From: Octopus sinensis
Taxonomy: Eukaryota
DNA length: 64,000 bases
Assembly: GCF_006345805.1 (NCBI RefSeq)
Contig: NC_042997.1
Span: forward strand, 19,778,001-19,842,000
Reading direction: 5' to 3'
Below the pieces are notes generated by a model. That model worked only from the letters and a program-made list of their open reading frames with translations. It had not been told where the DNA came from and searched no databases. Shown here one piece after another: positions 27,501-38,470 of the stretch. Positions within the stretch are counted from its first letter, which is position 1, and the number at the start of each line of letters is the position of its first letter. The position numbers were made by a program, and so were the translations under genes.

Positions 27501-28869
27501 CCCTGAAGTGAAAATGCCTAGAGAAATGCATTGCATACTCTAATAATGGCTCCCCTCACCCAGTAACATATCAACAAGCTGCATTGGGCTTACTGAGCAT
27601 TTTCAAATGTTTCCGACAACAGCACATTAGCTTGTTCTGTCATCACTACTTCAAAAACAACAGAACGTTTAAGACACATTTGAAAATGAAGATAAAAGGA
27701 AGAGACTACAAGCATCATATAGACAGAGTTACACAAGGGAGAGCAACTTATGTCTTACAGAGAAACACCACATTAAATACAATTGCTACCTCAATCATTA
27801 ACAAAAAGTGAACTGATTTCTATTCCTCAACACATGGTTTAATTCTTCCTCGTCTCTTTTAAAATAAAACTCCCATGCTGCATGTCAGATGATAGCTGAG
27901 GATTTATATCGATTACAATTCTTCTATTCCCTACCTGCAGACGTACACAGTCAACCAAGTGGTCGTTCAAATATATAAACCCTATTTTTTCGCACATGCA
28001 CTTGTACGCATGTGTGAGTGTGTATAGAAAAGAAAAAAACATAGGAGGTTGTTATAAAATATGTTTAGTTACACTTTCTTACATATTCTTCAGTAACATA
28101 AGGTGACTATGGGTTACACAGTGCAAAACTACAAATTATGTAGTACACATTCGCTGCCATGTCATCAGAGACATTTAATTATAAAACATAGTACTTTGAG
28201 GGTAATATGTGACAGCAGTGGTAGCAATCGAAGAACGGCCCATGACTGTAATGCATAGGTTATGGAAGGAGTCTATATAACAGGTGGGCAAGAAAGAAAT
28301 TTTACATATGCCAGACAATAACGAAGTAGATATGAGGAAGAGTGTTATCTATACATCTACAAAACAGATGTGACAATAATCACCTTATGCCATTGAAACA
28401 TATGTAAGATAGTTTAAGCCTTTTAAAGACAAACTCTCATATTTTATTGGGTTTTTTTTCTAAATATAATCTGTAGAACGTTCAAACTTGGGCTTAACAA
28501 CGTGAGATAAAATTACAATACACGAATGGAAATTCACATGAAGTTCTTAATACTTTAATTTGTCAAGCAATTTGAAGTTTAAATTACACTACGAATATAT
28601 GTATGTATAAATATCGGCATTTATATAAGCATGCATATATATCTCTCCCTATCCCAATAAATATATATGTATAATGTGCCTATACACGTATATGCATAAG
28701 AGAGGAAGAGAGACAAGGTTGATAGAGTGTGTGTCAATTATTTTGTGTACAAAACTAGTCAGGAGCTCAATACAACTTCATATCAGCAGCATGTATTTTG
28801 ATTTACGCAAGATAAATGGAGTATAGCTCTAAACTATTGTTTAACCCATCAGTCACTCAGATATGTCTC

Positions 28870-29820
28870 AAGGTTTGAACAGAAGCTTTTTCCCTACTTA
28901 AAATCATTTTGAAATTTTCTGAAACTTTACAGGTGACCAGAATGTCCATCAAATGAAACCCATGCAATTCCTGTTTATCTTTTACAAATTATATAATGAT
29001 TATTTTACCTTTGCCAGTGAAACTGATTTCAAATTGTAACACTTATAAAAACTCAAATGTATCTTCTTTTTTTATGATTCCTCATGTGCAAAAGAAAAAA
29101 AAATGACGGTTACAGTTTGTTTGATAGTTGACATGAAGATGTGATGGAGCTGAAATTATGGCTGTAAGTGTGATAGCAAATTGTAAACACTCTTTGAAAA
29201 ACAAATTTAATTCCTTAATACTAAGACAGTATTGAGGAAATTGTGGCTTCAATTCCCTCACTACATGAATGGTTATCATCTCGATTGACTCAGAAAAGGT
29301 TTTATAGAAACTTGCAAAGCATTTAATTTAAAGATTATTGTTAAAACTAATATAACTATTGTAAACATACCAGACTTAACTTTAGGCTTAAAGACAGGCA
29401 AATACCATCGTAGAGAAACCCTAATGAAAATTAGATTCCAATAATAGACATTTTTTCCCCTTCTCTCATGTAGTTATAAAGATATCAATCAGTAACCTTA
29501 GTAAACAAATTTCCAATATATCTTCAGATAAAAATTCTTTAACAGTGTTGTAGATTATTACAATGATCTTATAAGAGAATGGATTTAAAGAAAAATACAT
29601 CCATCATAATATAAAGATAAGATGAATATAAACAGAAAGATTATTCTGTTGACCCTCCACCTCCCTTTCAGTTTAAATGTGACATCTTATATTATCGGAA
29701 GTTTAAGTATTTTATAAGTAAACACTGCCTCCATAATCTTATTAAAAAATTCTTTAATAAAAATGGCTTCAAAGTCAATTATAATCATACTAAAAATTCG
29801 GCAAATGCGAGCCATAACTG
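28870..29820 (+). mobile_element. Decayed Penelope-like RT fragment
   Basis: CDGAEI (cf. GS.DGAE.CE), LKIIVKTNITIVN and NRKII...PPF..NV echoes. Confidence 0.6.
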
Positions 29821-29860
29821 TGGAAATAGGTGTTGTTAAGAAGCATTACGTCTGAACAGA

Positions 29861-29941
29861 GATGCAGACAAGCTGATAAGGGTATCGATGCAGACAAGCT
29901 GATAAGGGTATCGATGCAGACAAGCTGATAAGGGCATCGAT
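29861..29941. repeat. 26-bp minisatellite, three copies (gatgcagacaagctgataagggtatc)
   Basis: Units start at 29861, 29887 and 29913; one substitution in unit 3; no spacers. Confidence 0.95.
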
Positions 29942-30254
29942 CGGCACCATTCTAATAGAAAATGAAACTTTAACCAGAGCAAAATTTATGCAAGACAAGT
30001 CAGTATACTCAGAACTTGGCAACTTAAGAGGCAACTCCATACAATCAAACTGCAGTGTACGATGCTGGACGGATGGTCATGTAAAGATGTTTGGAATTTG
30101 GGCCAGAGTGGACCTTCACGTAGATAGAAACTTAGATGTGATTATGAGCAGAGTAGTCAACTACACCAAGAAATAGTCAAAGAAAACCAATCCTCGAATG
30201 GTCGGGCAGTGACGATGAACATATAATTTGCCCTGTCATATATTCTTTTCTTTT

Positions 30255-30462
30255 CTGCTCTATGTACAAGGCAAGAAATTTTGTAGAAGAGGGCAGTCAA
30301 TTAGATCGACCCCAGTACTCGACTGGTACTTAATTTATCGACCCTGAAAGGATGAAAGGCAAAGTCAACCTCGGCGGAATTTGAACTCAGAACGTAAAGA
30401 CAGACAAAATACCAATAAGCATTTTGACTGGCATACTAATGTTTCTGCCAACTCGCCACCTT
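30255..30462 (-). mobile_element. SINE family B
   Basis: cagtactcgactggtacttaat...ggcggaatttgaactcagaacg...ctcgccacc is the reverse complement of the family. Confidence 0.85.
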
Positions 30463-30549
30463 GCCCCTGTGATATATTATAGCTTGACTATTGTACCTTG
30501 TCCCGTTTCACGTCTAGTCAGGTTAGAACGCCTACACTTCCATTTCTTA

Positions 30550-31060
30550 TGAAAGCAAACTGTTTCACTGCTCTCACCATCTGAGCTTATTTGTTGCTAT
30601 TAATGTGCATGCACATGCTGAGGCAGTCGAATCTACAAAGATTCCTCGACAGTGAGCAGGTGTAGTCAGGTTTTGTTCAGCATTCTTTTACGCAGATCTT
30701 TCCCTGACAGAGTTTTTCTATTATACATTCAAATGAATACAAAGACTGGGCACCTGTTGTTAGGCACTCACAGCCCCCTACTAGTTGGGTAATGATGTCA
30801 GTGGAACTTCCATGCTGGTGCTCTATACAGAACTAGTGGTGGGGAAGAATGACAACGTTCTCTTGGTGTTGATATAACTCGGCCAGTGCACCTGTTCTAA
30901 AGAACTTTTAGCCCAAGAATAATGGATAATGCCCATAAATCCCTGACTTAGCAGTCCCAGTGGTTGATATTATCACTTCAAGATAACCCTTTCAAGCACT
31001 TAATTGCTGTCATCCAGATCTCTTTGGGATGTACGCAGAGTATCAAAATCATACTGCACA
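30550..31060 (-). mobile_element. Possible decayed RTE LINE 3' part
   Basis: Echoes of SN.VLER, GH and a terminal TCSL..C..H zinc-finger-like stretch. Weak. Confidence 0.35.
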
Positions 31061-31086
31061 AACTGTCAGAATCTTAGCATTGCTAT

Positions 31087-31503
31087 ACTCTTTTACTCTC
31101 TTTTTTACTCTTTTACTTGTTTCAGTCATTTGACTGCGGCCATGCTGGAGCACCGCCTTTAGTCGAGCAACTCGACCCCGGGACTTTATTCTTTTTGTAA
31201 GCCCAGTACTTATTCTATCACTCTCTTTTTGCCGAACCGCTAAGTGACGGGGACATAAACACACCAGCATCGGTTGTCAAGCAATGCTAGGGGAACAAAC
31301 ACAAACACACAAACATACACGCATACATATATATATACATATATACGACGGGCTTCTTTCAGTTTCCGTCTACCAAATCCACTCACAAGGCATTGGTCGG
31401 CCCGGGGCTATAGCAGAAGACACTTGCCCAAGATGCCACGCAGTGGGACTGAACCCAGAACCATGTGGTTGGTTAGCAAGCTACTTACCACACAGCCACT
31501 CCT
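31087..31503 (-). mobile_element. tRNA-derived SINE family A, near full length, CpG-rich
   Basis: Tail (tactctt)n-cttgtttcagtcatttgactgcggccatgctggagcaccgcc, internal (CA/TA) linker, and head ggagtggctgtgtggtaagtagc...gggttcagtccc on minus. Confidence 0.9.
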
Positions 31504-32110
31504 ACGTCTATCATGTGGAATTTTGTGGAACGGTTATTGTTTATCAATCAAGTCCATTTTGAAAAAATGACCTGTCACATTCTTTTTGTTGAGATGTGCA
31601 GACGATTTTCCTCTCTCTGATACATATGGTGAAAGTGATTGTGTGGTGGATGAGGTTAAAAAGACTGACGATAGACATTTTCTTCTTCGGCCAAGCTCAC
31701 ATCAACCGTTTCATGTTTCACTTGAAAAGGAAAGGAAAGAGAGGGTAGAGAGAGAAGGGCTGCTCCAGAGAAAAACTTTGAAAAGTGGATGAATGTAGTA
31801 CAGATGGTATGATCAGCAGATATACACTAAGCATATACCTGAAGGTAGAAAGATGACAATCAAGAACTGTGCCTGCTCTCGTGGTGAGAGCAATCCAGCT
31901 TTTGTGAGGTTTTCCTCAACCTCATCTCAGCAGTGTTTCCATCCATGGAAGAGTTTTGGTTTTGTAGGATTTTCTTTGTTGTTTTTATTCTTGTTACCCC
32001 ATTTAACATGTAAAACCTGTCCATCACTTTGAATTTTGTCCTTTTCTACTGTTTCTGTTCTGTACAAGACATTTTAGGGTCAATAACAAAACAATTTTTC
32101 TTCTGAAAGT

Positions 32111-32124
32111 AGTAGCAGCAGTAT

Positions 32125-32182
<58 letters not shown>

Positions 32183-32482
32183 GTGGTGGTGGTGGTGGTG
32201 GTGGTGGTGGTGGTGGTGGTGGTAGTGGTAGTAGTAGTGGTAGTAGTAGTAGTAGTGGTAGTAGTAGTAGTGGTAGTAGTAGTAGTAGTAGCAGCAGCAG
32301 CAGCAGTAGTAGTAGAGTAGTAGTAGTAGTAGTGGTAATAGTAATGGTGGTGGTGGTGGTGGTGGTGGTGGTGGTGGCTGTAGCAGCGGTGGCAGTGGCG
32401 GCGGCAGTGGCGGCAGCAGTAATGGTAGCGGCAGTGGTGGTGGTGGTGGTGGTGGTGGTGGTCGTCGTCGTCGTCGTAGTGG
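32111..32482. repeat. Compound trinucleotide microsatellite (AGT/GGT/AGC/GGC/CGT)
   Basis: Direct reading. Explains the poly-H/T/L ORF at 32080-32493. Confidence 0.95.
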
Positions 32483-32796
32483 TGGTATATCAAAATATCG
32501 ATTTATTTTGAATTTAAATAATGTTTTGTACCTTAAGCAATATGTCTACGAATACACACTACGAATACAGTGGGAAGTGACTGGTCACTTGTCGTAATAA
32601 ACTGTAGTTATCTCGTTATTATGTGTCATCACAACTGTGAAGCACTAGGTCTTTCATGTTGAAGAGGATGAACCTTAACCTGGATCCAGCTGACCCAGAG
32701 TTAAAAGAATGAATAGCTCTGTTGATGTACTGATCTGAAGTAGGACACCAGCTGTGTTAGTATTAACTCTGTACTTTAGTATGTATTATAAAGATA

Positions 32797-33182
32797 GAGG
32801 AGGCGCAATGGCCCAGTGGTTAGGGCAGCGGACTCGCGGTCGTAGGATCGCGGCTTCGATTCCCAGACCGGGCGTTGTGAGTGTTTATTGAGCGAAAACA
32901 CCTAAAGCTCCACGAGGCTCCGGCAGGGATGGTGGTGATCCCTGCTGTACTCTTTCACCACAACTTTCTCTCACTCTTACTTCCTGTTTCTGTTGTACCT
33001 GTATTTCAGAGAGCCGGCCTTGTCACTCTCTGTGTCACGCTGAATATCCCTGAGAACTACGTTAAGGGTACACGTGTCTGTGGAGTGCTCAGCCACTTAC
33101 ACGTTAATTTCACGAGCAGGCTGTTCCGTTGATCGGATCAACCAGAACCCTCGTCGTTGTAACCGACGGAGTGCTTCCTCCT
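32797..33182 (+). mobile_element. tRNA-derived SINE family C, young full-length copy with 13-bp TSD
   Basis: A-box-like tggcccagtgg, B-box-like gcttcgattcc, many intact CpGs. TSD tattataaagata at 32784-32796 and 33183-33195. Confidence 0.92.
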
Positions 33183-33364
33183 TATTATAAAGATAAGTTA
33201 GTTATTTAAGAGAAGCCAGAAAGGTCTCTCAGAACCTAAGAAAATAAACTTCATTAGAAGATCAATGAGGAAAACAAGGCTGAACCACAACAAGGACAAC
33301 AACGGAAGAGCAAATCAAGATCCACCATAAAAGAATTGAAAAGTTAAGTAGATTTTCTTTAACG

Positions 33365-33750
33365 CTCTCTCTTTACTCTTTTACTCTTTTACTTGTTTCA
33401 GTCATTTGACTGCGGCCATGCTGGAGCATCGCCTTTAGTCAAGCAAATCTCTGTAAGCCTAGTACTTATTCTATCGGTCTCTTTTGCCAAACTGCAAAGT
33501 TACGGGGACGTAAACACACCAGCATCGGTTGTCAAACGATGTTGGGGGGACAAACACAGACACACAAACACACAAACACACATATATACATATACATATA
33601 TACGATGGGCTTCTTTCAGTTTCTGTCTCCGAAATCCACACACAAGGTTTTGGTCGACCCGAGGCTATAGTAGAAGACACTTGCCAAGGTGCCACACAGT
33701 GCAACTGAACCCAGAACCATGTGGCTGGTAAACAAGCTACTTACCACACA
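33365..33750 (-). mobile_element. SINE family A
   Basis: Homologous to 31087-31503 along its length. Confidence 0.9.
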
Positions 33751-33784
33751 GCCACCCCTGCACACTCATTTTTGTTTCCACGTG

Positions 33785-34215
33785 ACATCATCATCATCAT
33801 CATCATTACCACAACCACCACCACCATCCTCCTCCTCATCGTCATCACTGTTTAACATCTGCCTTCCATGCTGATATGGCTTGGATGGTCTGATAGGCAC
33901 TAGCCATGCAGAAGACTACACCAGGCTTGTGTCTGTTTCGACATAGTTTTTATGGCTGAATGCCCTTCCTAACACCAAACTACCCAACGGAATGGACTGA
34001 ATGCTTTTTACATGGCACCAGCACATGTGAAGTCAGTTTTAGCAAGGGTTTTACAGTTGGACGTCCTTCCAAATGTCAACCACTTTACAGTGTAGACTGG
34101 ATGTTTTATATGTAGCACCAGCACAGGCAGGGTCACCAAATAACTTGCAAGACAAGGAATCTTTGAGAGGGGAGGGGCAACTGGAGGAGGTGATCTTGTA
34201 TCAGATAATGAAAGG
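33785..34215 (-). mobile_element. Repeat family R copy
   Basis: (CAT)n tail at left, then ttccatgctg and gcccttcctaacacc. Confidence 0.7.
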
Positions 34216-34479
34216 TTATGCATATTAGCTGTATTGTGACATAACTTTTACACAATCTTGCATACTCAAACATTTGTCGATGTGTGTGTGTGTGTGTGTC
34301 ACTATGAGCTTAGAGCAAGTTTCAGTATATAGGTTACATGAGGTGTCTCACATCTATTGTTTTAGTAAATAAGACGCAACTTATATAGCAGTAGCTTCAT
34401 ACACTAGTTCACATGTACCAACAGAGAATAGTTTTAATGTCTATTTTCATAAGATTGAAAATAGACATAGGTACAGGAG

Positions 34480-34825
34480 TGGCTGTGTGGTAAGTAGCTT
34501 GCTTACAAACCACACAATTCCAGGTTCAGTCCCACTTCTACTATAGCTTTGGCCTGACTAAAGCCTTGTGAATGGATTTGGTAGACGGAAACTGAAAGAA
34601 GCCCATCGTATATATGTATATCCCTCTCTCTCTTTCGGAGAGGCACTGAGCAGCTATACGCACACATACACACATGGCAGTAACTTCCACCTACCAAATT
34701 CAATCACAAAGCTCCGGTCAGCTCAGGGCTATAGTGGAAGACACCTACCCAAAGTGCCACGCAGTGGGACTGAACCCGAAACCATGTAGCTAGGAAGCAA
34801 GCTCCCTAACCACACAGCCATGCCC

Positions 34826-34896
<71 letters not shown>

Positions 34897-35160
34897 GTGT
34901 ATGTGTGTGTGTGTGTGGTGTGTGAGTGTGTGTATTTGTGAATATGTTTGTGTGGCTGTATTTGTCCCCCCCAACATCACTTGACAACTGATGCTGGTGT
35001 GTTTATATACCCGTAACTTAGCGGTTTGGCAAAAGAGGCCGATAGAATAAGTACTAGGCTTACAAAGAATAAGCCCTAGGGTCGATTTGCTTGACTAAAG
35101 GCAGTGCTCCAGCATGGCCACAGTCAAAAGGACTGAAACAAGTAAAAAAGTAAAAGAGTA
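34480..35160 (+). mobile_element. SINE family A with an inverted 5' half-copy (34680-34826) in its linker
   Basis: Head at 34482 and tail gactgaaacaagtaaaaaagtaaaagagta at ~35130-35160. Internal gtgggactgaacccg...accacacagcc is in the opposite orientation. Confidence 0.8.
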
Positions 35161-35569
35161 CAGAAAATGAGGAAGGATCATTTGAGTCAGAATAACTGAA
35201 AGTCTTTGTTACAAGTGTAGCAGTATTCAATATTCAAAACCTTGTCCATTCAGTAACAAGAAAAGGCTATTGCTTATTAGTTTCCATAGTTGGCAATAAC
35301 GGTCTTTATCAAGTGATCTTGGCTCATATTCCAGCCAATCATTGTTCTGGTGCATTTGTGTAGTGCTAAGATTAATGAAAAATTCCATGCAAATTGGTAT
35401 TCAGTATAACAGTTTTATGTAACACAACAACTGTAACATCAATCCACAAATAAACATGTTAATAAGTGATAAGTATTGTAATTAGTTTTATTTCAGAACA
35501 GCACACAGCCAGACCAAAATAATCCAGCTCCAAGCTAATCATTTCTACATGAGATGTGAAGAAGTTTGT

Positions 35570-36066
35570 TGTTTGTTCCTTCTCGAGCCATGCCTGGCTC
35601 ATAGGGCTGGTTTCCCAGTTTCCTTGGTGAATAGGTTCCCCACCTGGATGGGACGCCAGTCCATCGCAGGTGAGCTGCAATATGCAGGAGGAAAAAGTGA
35701 GAGAAAGTTGTGGCAAAAGAGTCAGCAGAAGTTCGCCATTACCTTCTGCCGGAGCCGCGTGGACCTTAGCTGTTTTGCTCATAAACACACGCATCGCCCA
35801 GACTGAGATTCGAACCCGCCAGCCCTCGACCACAAGTCCGCTGCTCTAACCACTAGGTCATGGTCGAGGGCTTCTCATGGTTACTCATCTTCACATCTGT
35901 GGAGGCACATGACCTCGTGGTTAGAGCAGCGGACTTGTGGTCGAGGGCTGGCAGGTTCGAATCTCAGACTGGGCGATGTATGTGTTTATGAGCAAAACAC
36001 CTAAGCTCCACGCGGCTCTGGCAGAAGGTAATGGCGAACTTCTGCTGACTCTTTTGCCACAACTTT
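35570..36066. mobile_element. Head-to-head inverted pair of family C-like SINEs
   Basis: Minus copy ~35570-35862 and plus 5' part ~35900-36066. The 159-bp arms 35704-35862 and 35908-36066 differ at 8 positions by manual comparison. Confidence 0.9.
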
Positions 36067-37479
36067 GTATGCTCAGATATCATGCTGCACAGTGAATTTT
36101 GAATACAGTGTGCAGCTTGGACAACAGGAATGTGTTAAACTTAGAGAATGAGAGATGTCTCGGAGAGAGCAAGATATATGATTTGTGTGTCATTAAGAGA
36201 TGGTTGATGTTATCAAGACTGAATCATATCCAAAGTTGTTGGTCTTAATGATAAGTAATAGGAGTAGTTTTCAATTTTGTTATAAATTGGTGATGTGGCA
36301 TTTCCTCTAAAATGTCTTCATTATCTACCAAGAAATAATATTTGAAAGGAATTATTTTTGAACAGAAATAAGAGTTAACTGTTTGTTTTATTCTTTCTTT
36401 CTTTTCTTTTTTTTCTTATGTGGTCGTCAAGATGAATATGACAGGTAATATTTTGCAGAATAAATAAAGGTGAGATAAGCATAAATAAAAATATAAAAAG
36501 AAAACAGTTAATTATAAAATAAAACACCTAAAACGAAGATAAAAAAAAATAATGGCTGATAAAGAGAAATTACAAAATTACAGCTAGTGACAACAGGAGA
36601 AAAAATATGAACATAGGTGAGAAGCAAGTGAAATAAAAATAATGTGGAGAAAATTATAAATTGAGAGAAAGAAATTTGAAGATTAAAATTCGAATGATGG
36701 AGGGAAAATAACAGGAGCGATAATGCAAGTTAAAAATTATTCTGTGCTATGTTACTTGAGGCATTGCTTCCAGTCGTTAAGATTTTCATGATAAATTACA
36801 GTTGACAGTTTCTTTCTTTTGTTGCTTCTAAATAAACAGAATTTTTTAATATATCCATCCAATTGATGTATTTTATGTATTTTAACCATTTTCAGCTAAA
36901 TGAATTCAGTAAAATTATTCATCTTGTATGTTCTTCACTTATATATTTTGTGTTCACGAGTGTGTGTGTGTGTGTTTAAGTTTGAGTATGTGTGCACAAT
37001 GAGGTTTTTTTGTACATATTAGCATATTTAAATATTATTTGTTTCTTTAATGGTCAGCCGAAATGAATGTTTTCAAGTGTCCATAGATATATATTCGAGA
37101 TGTTTATTTTTGAATTACTTAAATGTAATATGTTATACTTAAACTTTATAACAAGATGTGTGCTATGGAAATTCATAATGATTTACATAATGTATTTATT
37201 AACATTAAGATGTGAAGATAAGACAGAAGCTTAGATACATAACATTTCTAGCTATCAAAGCAACACAATCATCGAGTTAAAAGTATGAACAAATTTTGAG
37301 TAGTCCAAGCATATTTCCTTGTTCATTGTAAATAACTACATGAAATCTTCTTTTGAACTACCCCAAAGTTATAGTTCAGACTAAGTTTGATAAAAAATAA
37401 CAATGAACAAAATTTTATAAACATTCATTTTTGCCTTGTTAGGTTTGTTGGTGCCTTTGAGTGGTACATCAGGTAGTCA

Positions 37480-37800
37480 GTTATCACAATTATCTCCATC
37501 CCTGGCCAACCAGTATGCTTCTTCCCGGGTAGTGTTTAGTCTGTGTAAGTTTTCTTTGAAGGCACTACACTGTGTCTTTCTTGGTCAGCCTCTTTTTCTC
37601 ATACCTTCTAACAGCATCCAGTTGTTTTGGCAAGCCTCTCCTCTGGCAGTCTTAGTAAGTGTCCAGCCATTCTCATTCATCGTTCAGTTACAATTGCATA
37701 CAGGGACCTTACATTTGTTGCTTGGAGAAGGGCTTCATTTGTCACTCTGTCTTGATAAGTGATTCTTAGGATGTTTCTGGGGCACAGTTGATGAAATATA
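37480..37800 (-). mobile_element. RTE LINE C-terminal remnant
   Basis: FHQLCPRNILRITYQDRVTNEALL...RMAGHLLRLPEERLAK (cf. CLR.IL.I.W.D.VTN, AGH..R). Confidence 0.75.
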
Positions 37801-37829
37801 TGGAGATTAAATATATTTCTGACATATTA

Positions 37830-38015
37830 ATTTCAGATTCTGGCACAAGGCTAGCAATACAGGTCAATTACATCAACCCCAGTGCTCAGCTTGTGCTTAT
37901 TTTATTGACCCTGAAAAGATGAAAGGTAAAGTTGACCTTGGTTGAAATCGAACTCAGAACATAAAGACAGACAAAATGAATGCTAAACATTTTGCCCAGC
38001 ATATTAATGATTCTA
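37830..38015 (-). mobile_element. SINE family B (old copy)
   Basis: gatgaaaggtaaagttgacc...gaactcagaac. A similar old copy lies at ~38800-38990. Confidence 0.75.
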
Positions 38016-38059
38016 CCAGATCATTGTCCTAAATATATTCTTGATGAAAGGTGAGCTCA

Positions 38060-38470
38060 AAGCATAGTTGGACAAGACCCAAAGAGACAGTCTCTTAAAT
38101 AGCATCATCCTTTCTGTTCTATAATATGCAAGTGAGACATGGGCTACTACAAAGAGGGAAGAACATTGATTGGCTACAAAGCAAAGGGCCAGATAAAGAT
38201 TCATGCAATATCATTGCAAGAGCATATCTGAAATGCTGAAATGAGGTAATTCAAGAATGGTGCGGAGTGAATGACATGATCACAGAATATTGAAAGTACA
38301 AGTTCTTCTGAGCCAGACATATCACAAGATTCACAGACAACAGGTGGACCTGTGCAGTTGCTGAGTGCTAACCAAGAGATCAGATAAGGTTATTCAGAAG
38401 GCCTTGATGATGATTGGAAGATGATTTAGTAAAAGAATTTGGGCCAAGATGGAAAAAAAGAGAGCAATCA
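38060..38470 (+). mobile_element. RTE LINE C-terminal remnant
   Basis: SIILSVL.YASETWATTKREE...HITRFTDNRWTCAVAE...DDLVKEFGPRW. Confidence 0.8.

Noticed and set aside
29861-29941. Direct repeats of CRISPR-like length
   Set aside because: No spacers, no cas genes, eukaryotic context.
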